DNA of 64,000 nt from Camelus ferus (lineage: Eukaryota): positions 11,844,001 through 11,908,000 of the forward strand of contig NC_045698.1 of assembly GCF_009834535.1 (NCBI RefSeq), read 5' to 3'. Below are positions 63,324 through 64,000 of this stretch, in pieces. Both the position numbers and the translations under genes were made by a program. The notes below the pieces were generated by a model. The model had not been told where the DNA came from. It ran no database searches and was given only the letters and a program-made list of their open reading frames with translations. Position 1 is the first letter of the stretch, and each line of letters begins with the position of its first letter.

Positions 63324-63794
63324 GATAGATAGATACACACACACAATGGAATACTACTCAGCCATAAAAATGAAATAATGCCATTCACAGCAACATAGAT
63401 GGACCTAGAGATTATCACAATAAGTGAAAGAAGTCAGAGAAAGATAAATATCATATGATATCACTTATATGTGGAATCTAAAAAATAATGACACAAATGA
63501 ACTTATTTGCAAAACAGAAACAGACTCATATACAAGAAAACAAACTTATGGTTACCAAAAGGGATAGGGGGAAGGGGAGAGATAAATTAGGAGTTTGGGA
63601 TTAGCAGATACAAACTTATATACAGAATAGATAAACAACAATGTCCTACTGTACAGCACAGGCAACTACATTCAATATCTTGTAATAATCAATAATGAAA
63701 AAGAATATGAAAAAAAGATATATATGTATAACCGAATCACTATGCTTATACACCAGAAACTAACACAGCATTGTAAATCAACTATACTACAATT
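62941..63794 (+). mobile_element. 5'-truncated L1 3' end with an internal (GATA)n expansion
   Basis: ORF2 C-terminus and 3' UTR. TSD aaaaatgaatatttga (62925-62940) / aaaaataatatttga (63795-63809), differing by one indel. Confidence 0.92.
63250..63344. repeat. Compound (GATG)/(GATA)n tetranucleotide microsatellite followed by (CA)n
   Basis: Seen directly in the sequence; about 10 uninterrupted GATA units near 63281-63320. Confidence 0.95.
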
Positions 63795-64000
63795 AAAAAT
63801 AATATTTGAATTAAATGAATTTAAATATGACCCTGGAAGTTCAAGTTCACGTTTGGGCTCAGAAAATTGTTAAAATGAAGACTGTTATTATTTGTCAAGT
63901 ATTTGCACTCTCTGGCTGACTTCTAAATTCATTGATTGGCTACAGCACCCTAAGAAAGCAAACTAAAGTGCATCAGAATTTGGAGGCTAGCAGGGGATTT

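Noticed and set aside
1..64000. CRISPR arrays, operons, rRNA or prokaryote-style systems
   Set aside because: The sequence is mammalian. No regularly spaced repeat-spacer array, rRNA or gene-dense region is present.

Overview
This is mammalian, repeat-rich, apparently non-coding DNA, either intergenic or deep intronic. It is most likely from a camelid: two tRNA-Ala-like SINEs resemble the camelid Vic-1 family, and I saw no Alu, PRE1 or Bov-A/BovB elements. I cannot support any intact protein-coding gene. The only ORFs with recognisable homology are decayed L1 ORF2 reverse-transcriptase fragments (55.4-58.4 kb), a hAT/Charlie transposase remnant (about 48.2 kb) and a CR1/L3 RT trace (about 12.6 kb). 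The rest is a layered record of L1, L2, MIR, MaLR/ERVL LTRs, DNA-transposon MITEs and microsatellites. Three retrotransposition events can be resolved at base level. (1) At 53.5-54.2 kb a truncated L1 has its upstream flank, including one TSD copy, inverted, leaving a 69-bp near-perfect inverted repeat. (2) At 11.0-11.4 kb an unidentified ~320-bp polyadenylated insert is bounded by TSDs (retrocopy or orphan transduction). (3) At 55.4-58.4 kb a 5'-inverted (twin-primed) L1 has a 13-bp TSD. I found no evidence for a novel multi-gene system. Repeat family names come from recalled consensus features, not from a database search, and boundaries are approximate unless a TSD is given.
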